A DNA stretch of 64,000 nt. Origin: an uncultured bacterium. GTDB lineage: Bacteria; Krumholzibacteriota; Krumholzibacteriia; Krumholzibacteriales; Krumholzibacteriaceae. The position numbers and the translations under genes are program-made. The notes beneath the pieces were generated by a model that was not told where the DNA came from, did no database searches, and saw nothing but the letters and a program-made list of their open reading frames with translations. Below are positions 15,896-25,257 of the stretch, piece by piece (the first letter of the stretch is position 1; every line of letters begins with the position of its first letter). The stretch is from contig CAWBAN010000002.1 in the NCBI GenBank assembly GCA_963786935.1, positions 416,001 to 480,000 on the forward strand. The letters are read 5' to 3'.

Positions 15896-17265
15896 GTGAC
15901 GAAAGAAGGATTGCAGGAAGAGCGCATCGGGGAATGGCGGCAGTATTTCCGGAGGCGGCAGGCCGTCAGCTCCGTCGACGTCGAGGAGCTCGAGGACCAT
16001 CTCCGCAGCCAGGTCGAGGCGCTGCGCAAAGCCGGCCTTGACGAAGACGAAGCGTTCCTCGTCGCGGTCAAGCGTCTGGGCGATCTGGATTCGATCTCGC
16101 GCGAGTTCGCCCGCGAGTACTCCGAGCGCCTCTGGAAGCAGCTCGTCGTTTCGCCGGGCGCCGGCGCCTCGTCGCCCGCCGCGCATCGGGACACCGCCCT
16201 CGCCGTGGGGCTCGCGATCGCCGCGGCCGTCGCGCTCAAGATCCCTGAGCTCTTCGGCCTTCGACATGCACGGCGCCGGCGCGAACGAGTCTTTCTATCT
16301 CCGTAATATCAGCCTCTTCGTCCTGCCCTTCCTCGCCGTGTTCTTCGCGTTGAAGCGCGGCCTGCGCGGAAGCGGATGGCTTCATGCTGGCCCTTCCGTT
16401 CGTCGCCGCGGCCTTGATCGCGAACCTTCTCCCATTTACGCCGGGAGGTTTCACGGAGGTGCTGGCCGCGATTCACCTTCCCGTCGCGTTGTGGCTCGCG
16501 ATCGGGTTCGCCTATGCCGGCGGCCGCTGGCGCGGCCATGAAGAGCGCATGAACTTCGTGCGGTTCTCCGGCGAGTGGTTCATCTACTACACGCTGATCG
16601 CGCTCGGCGGCGGCATTCTGATAGCCTTCACGGTCTTCATATTCAAGGCCATCGGCCTGAATGCCGAGCCGCTGATCGAGCAATGGGTCGGTCCCTGCGG
16701 GGCGGCGGGGGCGGTCCTCATCGCGGCGTGGCTCGTCGAGTCCAAGCAGAGCGTCATCGAGAGCATGGCGCCGGTGCTGACGCTGCTGTTCACGCCGCTC
16801 TTCGCGGTGCTGCTCCTGGTATTCGTCGCGACCATGATCTTGACGGGCAATGCGATCGACGTCGGACGGGAAGTGCTCATCGGATTCGACCTGCTCCTGG
16901 TGATCGTGCTTGGCCTCTTGCTCTACGCGATCTCCGCGCGCGACCCGCAGGCCCCGCCCGGAAAGTTCGACGGGCTCCGGCTGCTGCTCGTGCTGTGCGC
17001 CCTGCTCGTCGATGCCCTCGCCCTGTGGGCGATGGTGGAACGCACGTCGGAGTTCGGCGTCAGTCCGAACAAGACGGCGGCGCTCGGCCTGAACCTGCTG
17101 CTGCTCGTGAACCTCGGCGGGTCGGCCGTGCTCTACGCGCGGTTTCTGGTGAAACGCGACCCGTTCACGCGCCTCGAGCGCTGGCAGACGGCCTACCTTC
17201 CCGTGTATGCCGCCTGGGCGTGGATCGTGGCGGCGCTGTTCCCGATCATCTTCAAGTACCAATAG
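15896..17265 (+). CDS. permease-prefix-domain membrane protein, two +1 frameshifts (~16259, ~16381)
   Basis: ELEDHL...GLDEDEAFLVAVKRLG prefix, then multi-TM region; three ORF pieces join if one base is removed at each site. Confidence 0.75.
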
Positions 17266-17352
17266 GTTTCGGAACGCTGGATCATCGCGCGTCCGCCGAT
17301 TTTCGGGCAATGGTTGATTGCCGACTCGAGGGGGATTATAATGGCGGCGGTG

Positions 17353-18288
17353 ATGTGGGTGAGACCAAGGACACTAATCGTAATAGTCATACTCGCGGCC
17401 GCCAATTTGGGTGGAGTCCCCACCCGGTATCTTGCCGCGCCGGCTTCCACCGGACCCGGCGCCAAGACCACGCTCATCGGCCGGATCTACTGGCACACGG
17501 TTCAGCCGGACGAGACTCTCCTGGACATCGCGAGAAAATACGACTTGGCGATAACCGTGCTGCAGGAGTTCTATCCAACGGTGGATCCGTGGCTGCTCGA
17601 GGAGGGGAGCACTATGCAGATTCCGGCGCTGTGGATTCTCCCCGAGGCGAAGGGGGAGGGCATCCTCATCAATGTGCCGGAGCTGCGCCTCTACTATTTT
17701 ATCGCAAAGTACGGGGCGGTCTGGACGTACCCCGTGACGATCGGGGAAAAGGAGACCCCGACGCCGATCGGGATGTTCCGCGTCGTCGAGAAAGAGGTCG
17801 ACCCGGTATGGAACATCCCCGTCAGACTGCAATACAAGTACAACCAAAAGAGCATGCCTCCGGGGGGAGACAACCCGATCGGGAAGTACTGGCTGGGTCT
17901 GTCCCGCGACCGGTACGGAATCCACGGGACCGATAACGCCTGGAGCGTGGGGCGCATCCTCAGCAACGGATGCGTCCGGCTCTATCCCGAGGACATGCAG
18001 AAGCTGTTTCCCGAGGTGCCGAAGGGGACGTTCGTCGACATCGTCTATCAGCCCGTAAAGTTCGGGTTCAAGAGAGACAAGATCTTCATTGAGGTTCACG
18101 AGGACATCTACGGCAGGATCAAGAACATGGAACGGCATGCTCGGGCCGTCGCGAAGAAGATGGGCATCGAGGATTCCGTGGACTGGGAAGAGGTTCAAAT
18201 GGCGCTCCATGACAAAAGCGGGGTTCCTGTTCCGGTGGGCACCCGATCGGAAGGGGGTGAGGGCGAACAGTCGTCGCGAAACCGGTGA
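17353..18288 (+). CDS. LysM-containing L,D-transpeptidase (ErfK/YcfS/YnhG-like)
   Basis: ETLLDIARKY, ILINVPELRLYYF, PPGGDNPIG, YGIHGT, SNGCVRL; upstream TTGATT-17-TATAAT (17314-17342). Confidence 0.9.
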   Translation: MWVRPRTLIVIVILAAANLGGVPTRYLAAPASTGPGAKTTLIGRIYWHTVQPDETLLDIARKYDLAITVLQEFYPTVDPWLLEEGSTMQIPALWILPEAKGEGILINVPELRLYYFIAKYGAVWTYPVTIGEKETPTPIGMFRVVEKEVDPVWNIPVRLQYKYNQKSMPPGGDNPIGKYWLGLSRDRYGIHGTDNAWSVGRILSNGCVRLYPEDMQKLFPEVPKGTFVDIVYQPVKFGFKRDKIFIEVHEDIYGRIKNMERHARAVAKKMGIEDSVDWEEVQMALHDKSGVPVPVGTRSEGGEGEQSSRNR

Positions 18289-18334
18289 ACGAGACGGACG
18301 TGCGAGATGTTTCGATTGAAGGGAGAAAGGGATT

Positions 18335-18679
18335 ATGAAATCACGCTTCATCATTGTCATGGCGCTTGCGCTCATGATGGCATTCATGATGAGCTGCGCC
18401 ACGACAGGCGACCTGAAGTCGCTTCAGGCGGAAGTCGATGCTGTTTCCTTGAAGGCCGATCAGGCAATGGCGAAGGCCGACCAGGCGTCTCGCGACGCGG
18501 CTGCCGCCACCGCGGCGGTTCAGGGCGCGCAGGCCGAGGCAGCCAGAGCCACGGAAACCGCGAACGCAGCGGCCGCTCGGGCGGACGAGGCGGCGGCTCG
18601 CGCGGAAGCCGCGGCGAAGCTCGCCGAGGACAACGCCAAGAAAGCGGAAGCTATCCTCTTGAAAGGGATGAGAAAGTAG
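18335..18679 (+). CDS. Lpp/OprI-like alanine-zipper lipoprotein
   Basis: Lipobox MMSC (Cys21), Ala-rich coiled coil, C-terminal KGMRK. Confidence 0.85.
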   Translation: MKSRFIIVMALALMMAFMMSCATTGDLKSLQAEVDAVSLKADQAMAKADQASRDAAAATAAVQGAQAEAARATETANAAAARADEAAARAEAAAKLAEDNAKKAEAILLKGMRK

Positions 18680-18718
18680 AGAGAACGATTGATGAGTGAT
18701 GACACCCGGAGTCATACG

Positions 18719-18755
18719 AGAAGGCGGCGCCGATTTCGCTCGGCGCCGCCTTCTT
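18719..18755. terminator. hairpin between convergent genes
   Basis: AGAAGGCGGCGCCGA-tttcgc-TCGGCGCCGCCTTCT, 15-bp stem. Confidence 0.8.
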
Positions 18756-18803
18756 ATGCCTGCCCTTCTTGAGCGCCCGCCGTGTGCCGCACCCGGCCCG
18801 CCA

Positions 18804-19343
18804 TTATGGTCTAATCTCCACCGACGTCCACGGAACGACGAGGTCCCAGATTTCTTCGATCTCGCTGTTCGTCAGGGCGATACAGCCGTTGGTCCAGTCG
18901 AAGAGATACTGCACGTCACCCATCCACAGCTGCTTGGTGCCCATACCGTGGATCATGATGTCGCCTCCGGGATCTACGCCGAGAGAATCGGCCCGCGTCA
19001 GGTCTTCGATGTTCGGGTAGGTAAGATGGAAAGCTCTGTGGTAGACGCTGTGGCGGGTTTTGTAATCGACGAAATAGAGTCCTTCGGGAGTCTTGTTGTC
19101 ACCTCGCATGACCTTCGGGCCGATAGGGTCGCGGCCCAAGGCCACTTTGTAGACCCCCACTATTCGATCCTGCCTGAGGAGCGTCATGGTTCGCTTCGAT
19201 TTCTCGATAATGATGCGATCCGCCGGGTCGATTGCCGTCGTCGATTGGTCGGCGGGCGCGGCGAAGGCGAGAGGACTGACAAGAAGGGCCACGGTGAATA
19301 CGAACCAGACGGCGGCTCTCATGGGGAGTATGCCTGTGCGCAT
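18804..19343 (-). CDS. YkuD-fold protein, YafK/DpaA-like
   Basis: GPKVMRGDNKTPEG, FHLTYPN, GGDIMIHG, WTNGCIA; signal peptide. Confidence 0.85.
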   Translation of the reverse strand: MRTGILPMRAAVWFVFTVALLVSPLAFAAPADQSTTAIDPADRIIIEKSKRTMTLLRQDRIVGVYKVALGRDPIGPKVMRGDNKTPEGLYFVDYKTRHSVYHRAFHLTYPNIEDLTRADSLGVDPGGDIMIHGMGTKQLWMGDVQYLFDWTNGCIALTNSEIEEIWDLVVPWTSVEIRP

Positions 19344-19577
19344 ATATGACCCCGATCGATGAAGGATCCCCGATGTTTCGATGGGGCGCCTCGCTTCTGA
19401 AAGCGGCGCCGCGCTCTTCACGGTGGATTTCTCTTCGGAAATATTGGCACGTCTCGGTCGAATTTTCTAGTCAATCTTCAAACGAGCTGCTTTGACATCA
19501 TGTCATTCCTCGATTAGAATCGGTAGCACCTGGTCGGGCGCGGGGCGGCGTTGTGCCAGGCAGCGAGGAGGAATCAC

Positions 19578-20663
19578 ATGTTGAACAAGATCCTGTTTCC
19601 CGGCAAGTACATTCAAGGCGCGGGCGCCCTTGCCGAATTGCCTTCCCTCGTCAAGCTGTTCGGCGCGCGGGGACTCATCCTCGCCTCGCCCACGCCGTAC
19701 CGGGAAATTCTCCCGCGGAGCGGCATGGATCTGAAGGCGCACGCGCTGACCGCCGAACGATTCGCCGGAGAGTGCTGTGAAAATGAGCTGTCCGGATTGG
19801 CCGCGATCATCCGGGAGAAGAAGGTGGATGTCATGGTGGGCATGGGCGGCGGAAAGACAATCGACTCGGCGAAGATCGCCGCGGACCGCGCGAACATACC
19901 CGTCCTGATCGTTCCCACCATCGCCTCGACCGACGCTCCATGCAGCGGATGCGCCGTGACGTATTCCGAGCAGGGCGTGTTCGAAGCGGTTCATTATCAG
20001 AAATCTAATCCGGCGGCCGTTCTCGTCGATACGGAGATTATCGTCAAGGCCCCTGTCCGTTTTCTCATGGCCGGTATGGGCGATGCGCTGTCCACATGGT
20101 TTGAAGCGAAATCCTGCAGGGATACGCAGTCGGTGAACGAATGCGGCGGACTCGGCACGCAGGCCGCGCTCGGCATCGCGAGGCTCTGCTATGACACGTT
20201 GCTCCGATACGGCGCGGCCGCCAAAATCGCGGCCGAGCGGCACATCGTCACGGCGGCTTTCGAACACATTGTGGAGGCGAATACCCTCTTGAGCGGAATC
20301 GGCTTTGAAAGCGGCGGCCTGGCGAGCGCCCACGCCATTCACAACGGGCTCACCGCGCTGGAAGAAACGCACGCGTATTACCATGGCGAAAAAGTGGCCT
20401 TCGGCGTATTGGCCGGGCTCCAGCTCGTCGACGCACCGCCGGAAGAATCGGCCGGCGTTTTCTCCTTCTGCGAGGATATGGGCCTGCCCACCACCTTTGC
20501 CGACCTCGGTCTCGGGAAGCCGGATCGCGAGCGACTCATGCTCGTCGCGGAAAAGGCCTGCGCCCCGGGCGCGAGCATTCATCATGAAGCGGGAACGATA
20601 ACGCCGGAGAAAGTCCTTCAGGCTATGCTGGCGGCTGACGCAATCGGAGAGCACCGGAAGTAA
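19578..20663 (+). CDS. gldA: glycerol dehydrogenase
   Basis: PGKYIQG, GGGKTIDSAK, PTIASTDAPCS, LSGIGFESGGLASAHAIHNGLT, YHGEKVAFG; RBS GGAGG. Confidence 0.93.
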   Translation: MLNKILFPGKYIQGAGALAELPSLVKLFGARGLILASPTPYREILPRSGMDLKAHALTAERFAGECCENELSGLAAIIREKKVDVMVGMGGGKTIDSAKIAADRANIPVLIVPTIASTDAPCSGCAVTYSEQGVFEAVHYQKSNPAAVLVDTEIIVKAPVRFLMAGMGDALSTWFEAKSCRDTQSVNECGGLGTQAALGIARLCYDTLLRYGAAAKIAAERHIVTAAFEHIVEANTLLSGIGFESGGLASAHAIHNGLTALEETHAYYHGEKVAFGVLAGLQLVDAPPEESAGVFSFCEDMGLPTTFADLGLGKPDRERLMLVAEKACAPGASIHHEAGTITPEKVLQAMLAADAIGEHRK

Positions 20664-20717
20664 CAGTCACCTTCACGGCCTCGTCATGACGCCGAGCCGT
20701 CGAACGAGGAGAACCGC

Positions 20718-22157
20718 ATGGAGAACACCGCGCTCGTCCTGTCCGTCATCGTCACGTATCTCGTGCTCCTCATATCGTGGGGGCTTTATCAGGGAAGGAA
20801 AGTGAAGACGGGATCGGACTATTCGATCGCCGGGCGGAATCTCCCGGGGTGGGCGGCGGCGCTCTCCGAGCGCGCCACGGGAGAATCGTCGTGGGCGCTG
20901 CTCGGGCTTCCGGGGGCCGCGTACGCCGGAGGGCTCCTCGAAGTGTGGACGGCCGTCGGGTGCGTCGCGGGGATCGCGACCGCGTGGGGCGCCATCGCCT
21001 GGAGGCTGCGGGACGAAGCCGCGACCTATCAGGTGAACACCTTTTCCGAGTACATCGCGAGACGCCACGGCGATATGGAGAAATGGATCCGCGTCGCGGG
21101 GAGCTTCACGATCGTTTTCTTCTTCTTCTTTTACGTGGGGGCGCAGTTTCTCGGCGGCGGGAAGACGGCCCATACGCTCTTCGGCGTCGATCCCCGTCTG
21201 GGAATGCTCATCACGGCGGCGATCATCGTGCCCTATACGATCTACGGCGGTTTCCTGAGCGTCGTCTACACGGATGTCGTGCAGGCGATCCTGATGATCG
21301 TGACGCTCGTCGTGGGGCCGATCGCGGGCATCGTCTACATTCTCAACGAGCCCGGCGTTTTTGCGAGCTCCATCCCCGCGGCCCTGCGGGCGGCAGGGCC
21401 TTCGTATTGCTCGTTCACGGGCGCGCTGTCGGGATTCGCCGCGGGGGCGGCGATCATGGGCGGGTTCTCGTGGTTCTTCGGCTACCTCGGCGGGCAGCCG
21501 CAGCTCAGCATCAGGTTCATGGCGATCAAGGATTCGGTCCATGCGCGGCGCGCGCGCAACATCGGGATCGCGTGGACCGTTCTCGCGTACCTCGGGGCGC
21601 TGGCGATCGGCTGGATCGGGATCGCGATATTCGGCCCGAATAAGCTCGAGGACCCCGAGGTGGTGATGCCGCTCGTCATGTTCAGGGTGTTCCCCGACAT
21701 CATCGCGGCGATCCTCGTGACGGGGGCCATTGCGGCGATGATATCGACCGCGGATTCGCTGCTCATCCTCTCCTCGACCGAGCTCTCGGAGAATCTCATC
21801 AAGCCGCTCGGCGGCGGCGGAACGATGAGCGGGCTCGCCCGCTCGAGGATAACGACCGCCGCTCTCGCGGCGATCGCGCTCGCGGTCGCCTATATCTCCC
21901 CGTCGAAGGTGATCTACACGATCGTGGGATTCGTGTGGGCGGGGATCGGAGGGACCTTCTCCGTGGTCGTGCTGCTCACGCTCTTCTGGAAGAGGTACCA
22001 CGGGCGGGCCGTGCTCTGCACCATCGTCGGCGGTCTGCTCTTCACCATCGTGTGGCAGGGCGCCGGCATGGAGCCGGTCCTCACGGCGCGAGTCGCGACG
22101 TTCGCCTTCTCGATGCTCACGGCCGTTGTCGCGACCGTTGCGCTGCCGCGGGCGTGA
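20718..22157 (+). CDS. sodium:solute (proline) symporter, PutP family
   Basis: AGRNLPGWAAALS, WALLGLPG, GGFLSVVYTDVVQ, GYLGGQPQ..RFMA, AAMISTADS. Confidence 0.9.
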   Translation: MENTALVLSVIVTYLVLLISWGLYQGRKVKTGSDYSIAGRNLPGWAAALSERATGESSWALLGLPGAAYAGGLLEVWTAVGCVAGIATAWGAIAWRLRDEAATYQVNTFSEYIARRHGDMEKWIRVAGSFTIVFFFFFYVGAQFLGGGKTAHTLFGVDPRLGMLITAAIIVPYTIYGGFLSVVYTDVVQAILMIVTLVVGPIAGIVYILNEPGVFASSIPAALRAAGPSYCSFTGALSGFAAGAAIMGGFSWFFGYLGGQPQLSIRFMAIKDSVHARRARNIGIAWTVLAYLGALAIGWIGIAIFGPNKLEDPEVVMPLVMFRVFPDIIAAILVTGAIAAMISTADSLLILSSTELSENLIKPLGGGGTMSGLARSRITTAALAAIALAVAYISPSKVIYTIVGFVWAGIGGTFSVVVLLTLFWKRYHGRAVLCTIVGGLLFTIVWQGAGMEPVLTARVATFAFSMLTAVVATVALPRA

Positions 22158-22350
22158 GCACGGCCGGTTTGCGGCTGATTGGTGGCGTTTCAATCGGTAT
22201 CGCTCCGTTGACCGCTCACAACTCCTTGGCTCTTTTTCAATTTTGACATTGTGCCGCATCTCGATTAGAGTGGTTCTCAGTTGATTCGGCTCACAAGGGA
22301 AACGCCTTATGCGGGATAGTCGACGCGGTGAACCGCCGCGAGGGGATCTC

Positions 22351-25257
22351 ATGATCGGACGGACGATTTCTCATTACAAGATCCTCGAGAAGCTCGGCGA
22401 GGGGGGGATGGGTGTTGTCTACAAAGCCCAGGACGTCAAGCTCGACCGCTTCGTGGCAATCAAGGTTCTCGCCCCGCACCTGAGCCGCGATAAGGAAGCG
22501 ACCGCCCGCTTTATCCACGAGGCGAAGGCCGCTAGCGCCCTCGATCACTCCCATATCGGAACGATCCACGACATCGACGAGACCTCCGACGGGCAGACCT
22601 TCATCGTGATGGCCTGTTATGAGGGCGAAACGCTGCACGACCGCATGAAGCGGGGGAGAGTTACGACCGAAGAGGCGCTCACCGTCGTCTCCCAGATAGC
22701 CTCGGGATTGGCGAAGGCTCACGAGAAGGGGATCGTTCACCGGGACATCAAGCCGGCCAATATCATGGTCACGAGAGATGGCGTCGTGAAGATTCTCGAC
22801 TTTGGGCTCGCGAAGCTCGCGGGTCAGACGAAGCTCACGAGGACAGGGAGTTCGCTCGGGACGGTGGCGTATATGTCTCCGGAGCAGGCGCGGGGCCGGG
22901 AGGTGGACGAGAGGTCGGATATCTTCTCGCTCGGAGTCTTGCTCTATGAATTGCTTGCCGGACAGCTACCGTTCAAGGGGGAGCACGAGGCGGCGGTGCT
23001 CTATGAAATCGTTCACGAAGAGCCGGAGCCGCTCTCGACTCGCCAAGAGGGCATTCCCGAGGCGCTGCGGCGCATTGTCGGCAAGGCCCTCGAGAAGGAC
23101 GTCAAGGCCAGATACCAGACAGCCCTCGATATGAAGAACGATCTCGATGAGTTAAAGGGGGCGAGCGCGGCAAGCGCGGCCGGGCGCGCCAAAGTCCTCA
23201 AGCCCCGCGGAGCCGGGAGAAGAACCAGGCTTTGGATTTCCTTTGCGCTCATCGCGATAGTGATCGCAGTCGGCGCGACGGCTCTCGTCCGCATGCGCTC
23301 TTCGGGAGAGGCTCCGGCGGCGAAAGATTTCTTGATGGCCGTAATGGATTTTCGCAACCTCGCGAATCCAAGCGATACTGCAACGGCAATCGGCCTCAGG
23401 ACCCTTGTGGAGCTGGGGCTCACACAGAGCAGTCCCATACGTCCAATCAGCCACGATCTCCTCTATGATCGGCGTCGCCATCTCTTCGGATCCGGACGCG
23501 GCTCCATTGGGAATGATCAAGTCCTTGAAGTCGCGAGAGACGTTGGGTCGACGCTATATCTTACTGCCCAAATCCTGGGGACAGGCGCGGAGCAATTCAT
23601 CGCGTGGAGTCTCGTGGACACGAAGAGCGGCAAGAATCTCGGTGCGGACAAAGTAGAAGGGACATCGCTGAATGAGCTCGCGGATGCGATCGTGCGGGGC
23701 GTTCTGCCTCTGCTTGCGACGAGGGCCGGCAGCAGGCCGGTTGAATCGCCGCCATCGGTCGATGACCTTGCGACATCGTCAGAAGTGGCATACAGACACT
23801 ACACTGGAGGTGTTCTCGCGCTAGAACGGCCCGGTAATGAACCGGACGCGATAGCTGAACTCAATAAGGCCGTCCAGCTTGACTCGACTTTTGCGCTCGC
23901 CCATTTTCGCCTTGCCAGGGCCTATTTTGATTTGTCAGGTGGACACTCCCAGGCTGGATTGCCGAGGGCGTATGCCGAAAAGGCATGGGCGCACCGGGAT
24001 CGCATGGGTATCAAGGACCGAATGGCGCTGGAGGCATTCAGGGAGCAGATAAGTAATAACGTGCCTGGTGCTATTGAGACCTACAGGGAAATTCATTCGC
24101 GCTGGCCCGATGATCTCGAGACTCTCAAGAACCTCACGCAGTATTCAATCTTCTATTGGTATTTCGAAGACGCCTTGAAGTTGAGCAAAGAGGGGCTCGA
24201 TTTGTATCCCGATGAGGAAGCCTTTGAAACATACTACCCGGCTAGTCTCTCATGGCTTGGGCGCCCGCGGGAAGCGCTTGAGGCCTCTCTGGCCTTCGTG
24301 CGGAATGATCCGGGAAACACTGCTTTGCAGGATGAGCTGTGCTGTCGCTACCTCGAGTTGGGCATGCCGGATAGCGCGGAAGCTATCAGCCGGCGGATAT
24401 TGCGCGCCGATCCCGACAATGTGGAATTTCTTGCGATCATCGCTGACTGTGCTTATGCCCGGGGGGATGTGAACCGCTCCATTGAACTGCTCGAGCAGCT
24501 CATGAAGCGTCCAGATGTTTCAGACGATTGGCGTGTCGGCAGGTTCGTCGTGGGGTTCGGACCCGGGCTCGTCCAGCTTCCTCTTGAGATCGGCCGTTTC
24601 CATAAGGCATTTCAACTCCTTGCAGCAGCCCAAAAATGTGCCGCAGATACGAATAGTGTTTCATTTCGAGGCTTGCTGTTAACGGCCGAGGGGCAAGCCG
24701 AAGAAGCTGCGAAAGTAGCCCGACGGGCCATTGAACGCTGTGGCGATACTCCCGCTGCTTCTTGGTGGAGATACTGCTTGATAGAGGCATTGGTCGCGGC
24801 CGATTCGGTTGCAGAGGCTCGATCGGTGCTTGCCGATATCAACAAGCGCTATGACAACTATATACGCCCTACCAAGTGTTTGGCTTTGCTATCTTCAAGC
24901 ACTGTCTCGCTCGCTGAAGGAGATGGCGAAGGGGCATTGAAACCTATGCGCGAACTCGAGAAGTTCGCCAGACCCGCACGCCATGGTAATGCGATCCAAT
25001 ACCGTGAAACTCTTGCTCGCGCGTATTGGAAGTCCGGTCGTCTCAAAGAAGCAGCCGACGCGTACAAGGATCTGTTGAATGTATTCGGCGGTCACGCGAT
25101 TTCTCACTACGAGCTCGGCCAAGTCTACGAGCAGATGAAGCGGCCGGCGGATGCGCAGAGGGAGTATTCGAGATTCCTCGAAATGTGCGCGCAGGCGGAC
25201 AGAGGTTGGCCGCCGGTCGAGGACGCGAAGTTAAGGATATCGCGACTCACTTCATGA
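22351..25257 (+). CDS. Hanks-type Ser/Thr protein kinase with TM segment and TPR repeats
   Basis: GEGGMGVVY, VAIK, HRDIKPAN, DFG, GTVAYMSPEQ; hydrophobic segment LWISFALIAIVIAVGATALV; helical repeats. Confidence 0.93.
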   Translation: MIGRTISHYKILEKLGEGGMGVVYKAQDVKLDRFVAIKVLAPHLSRDKEATARFIHEAKAASALDHSHIGTIHDIDETSDGQTFIVMACYEGETLHDRMKRGRVTTEEALTVVSQIASGLAKAHEKGIVHRDIKPANIMVTRDGVVKILDFGLAKLAGQTKLTRTGSSLGTVAYMSPEQARGREVDERSDIFSLGVLLYELLAGQLPFKGEHEAAVLYEIVHEEPEPLSTRQEGIPEALRRIVGKALEKDVKARYQTALDMKNDLDELKGASAASAAGRAKVLKPRGAGRRTRLWISFALIAIVIAVGATALVRMRSSGEAPAAKDFLMAVMDFRNLANPSDTATAIGLRTLVELGLTQSSPIRPISHDLLYDRRRHLFGSGRGSIGNDQVLEVARDVGSTLYLTAQILGTGAEQFIAWSLVDTKSGKNLGADKVEGTSLNELADAIVRGVLPLLATRAGSRPVESPPSVDDLATSSEVAYRHYTGGVLALERPGNEPDAIAELNKAVQLDSTFALAHFRLARAYFDLSGGHSQAGLPRAYAEKAWAHRDRMGIKDRMALEAFREQISNNVPGAIETYREIHSRWPDDLETLKNLTQYSIFYWYFEDALKLSKEGLDLYPDEEAFETYYPASLSWLGRPREALEASLAFVRNDPGNTALQDELCCRYLELGMPDSAEAISRRILRADPDNVEFLAIIADCAYARGDVNRSIELLEQLMKRPDVSDDWRVGRFVVGFGPGLVQLPLEIGRFHKAFQLLAAAQKCAADTNSVSFRGLLLTAEGQAEEAAKVARRAIERCGDTPAASWWRYCLIEALVAADSVAEARSVLADINKRYDNYIRPTKCLALLSSSTVSLAEGDGEGALKPMRELEKFARPARHGNAIQYRETLARAYWKSGRLKEAADAYKDLLNVFGGHAISHYELGQVYEQMKRPADAQREYSRFLEMCAQADRGWPPVEDAKLRISRLTS

